The notes under the pieces are model-generated. The model made no database searches. It was given only the letters and a program-made list of their open reading frames with translations, and was not told where the DNA came from. Positions 31,349-32,000 of a stretch of DNA of 32,000 nucleotides are shown one piece after another. A program made the translations under genes and the position numbers. The DNA comes from Candidatus Poseidoniaceae archaeon (GTDB lineage: Archaea; Thermoplasmatota; Poseidoniia; Poseidoniales; Poseidoniaceae): contig CALSTM010000003.1 in NCBI GenBank assembly GCA_943789275.1, positions 30,001-62,000 on the forward strand, given 5' to 3'. Each line of letters starts with the position of its first letter. The stretch's first letter is position 1.

Positions 31349-31383
31349 GTTCATTGATTTGACAAAAAAGGCGTTCATTTGAC
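31349..31383. promoter_or_regulatory. Direct repeat GTTCATT(GAT)TTGAC ... GTTCATTTGAC in the regulator/CYTH divergent intergenic region (candidate operator)
   Basis: The copies at 31349-31363 and 31373-31383 are separated by A6-containing spacer sequence. They lie 36-70 nt upstream of the wHTH gene ATG 31313. Confidence 0.3.
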
Positions 31384-31442
31384 GTTCGGTGAGACTAAGA
31401 CCGGTCGGACATTAGCGTATACGACGGTCGAGAGGGGTTTAT

Positions 31443-32000
31443 GTGCCGAGCCATTTAGAGATTGAACGACGATTCTTCTTGGACGAGGGTGCCACAAAGC
31501 CGTGGAAAATGGATGCTACCGCATCCAAAATACGCCAATACTATCTCCACAGTCCGGATATCAGTTTGGAAGAATTCTCCCTCTTCTATAAAAGTCACAA
31601 ACTGCTAAGCAACATCACTCCTGAACAAAAAATCATCTTCGAAGCAGCCAATGATTGGACCTCGCGGATTCGGTTTCGGGATGAGCATGCAACGCTCACT
31701 TTGAAAGGCAAGAGGACGCATTCATCTGCCGTTGAACTCGAATGGGCAATCGATGTTGCTGTTGCTGAACACCTCCTCGAGCAAATGGAGTGTCCGGCCG
31801 TGATCAAAACCAGATATCTGTGGACGGGGAGTGACGGCCTCGTGTGGGAGATTGACGTATTTGAGGGCGAGTTGCTCAACCTCATTATAGCAGAAGTAGA
31901 ATTGCCAAGCGAAGAGTTCCCAGTGGCCATCCCTTCATGGATTGGTGAAGAAATAACGGGCCATCATCAATGGTCGAACTCGAGTCTTGCTCGTAATGGC
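31443..32000 (+). CDS. CYTH-domain protein (triphosphate tunnel metalloenzyme), 3' end cut by window
   Basis: Absent from the ORF track because no stop lies in the window. My translation from GTG 31443 gives (M)PSHLEIERRFFLDEG...RIRFRDEHATLTLKGKR...VWEIDVFEGELLNLIIAEVELPSEE, which contains the CYTH EIER(K/R)F signature and the E-x-E strand. An in-frame TAG at 31413 limits the N-terminus. Confidence 0.8.
   Translation, partial: MPSHLEIERRFFLDEGATKPWKMDATASKIRQYYLHSPDISLEEFSLFYKSHKLLSNITPEQKIIFEAANDWTSRIRFRDEHATLTLKGKRTHSSAVELEWAIDVAVAEHLLEQMECPAVIKTRYLWTGSDGLVWEIDVFEGELLNLIIAEVELPSEEFPVAIPSWIGEEITGHHQWSNSSLARNG

Noticed and set aside
31595-31930. 111-aa minus-strand ORF near the window end
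   Set aside because: It is antisense to the plus-strand CYTH-domain frame, which carries the EIERRF signature.

Overview
Gene-dense (about 90% coding) chromosomal segment that looks archaeal. Evidence: a group II chaperonin (thermosome), an archaeal-type DnaG with its characteristic N-terminal domain plus Toprim, a COG1855/PINA-type PilT-like ATPase with a KH domain, a tRNA without encoded CCA, GGAGG/GGTGA Shine-Dalgarno-like boxes and A/T-rich TATA-like boxes. An uncultured marine Thermoplasmatota-type euryarchaeote (MGII/MGIII-like) is my guess only. I call 29 CDS, two of them truncated by the window edges and absent from the ORF track, plus one tRNA-Cys. Recognisable housekeeping genes are a class I/II aminotransferase, a PQQ-type sugar dehydrogenase, dnaG, purN, purH, a YbaN/DUF454 protein, a Gfo/Idh/MocA oxidoreductase, a MobA-like NTP-transferase and a CYTH protein. 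No CRISPR array, transposase, integrase or rRNA was seen. About half of the coding capacity has no motif I can assign and is dominated by membrane-anchored, low-complexity or very acidic proteins. The best candidate for an undescribed system is a tightly coupled three-gene minus-strand module at 25083->21183. It encodes a 2-TM protein with a poly-E/A tail, a 679-aa soluble protein with no recognisable motif, and a 419-aa tail-anchored protein with a very long charged helix built from 33-nt repeats. It has its own terminator/promoter boundary upstream and is flanked by the PINA-like ATPase and a motif-divergent thermosome paralog. Secondary candidates are: (a) a TPR protein plus two tandem Q/P-rich membrane paralogs, divergent from a 969-aa acidic helical orphan; (b) dnaG followed by a membrane protein with a 135-residue polyproline tail; (c) a membrane-tethered double-wHTH regulator next to a beta-propeller lipoprotein. 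All family names come from motif recognition by eye. No database search was possible.
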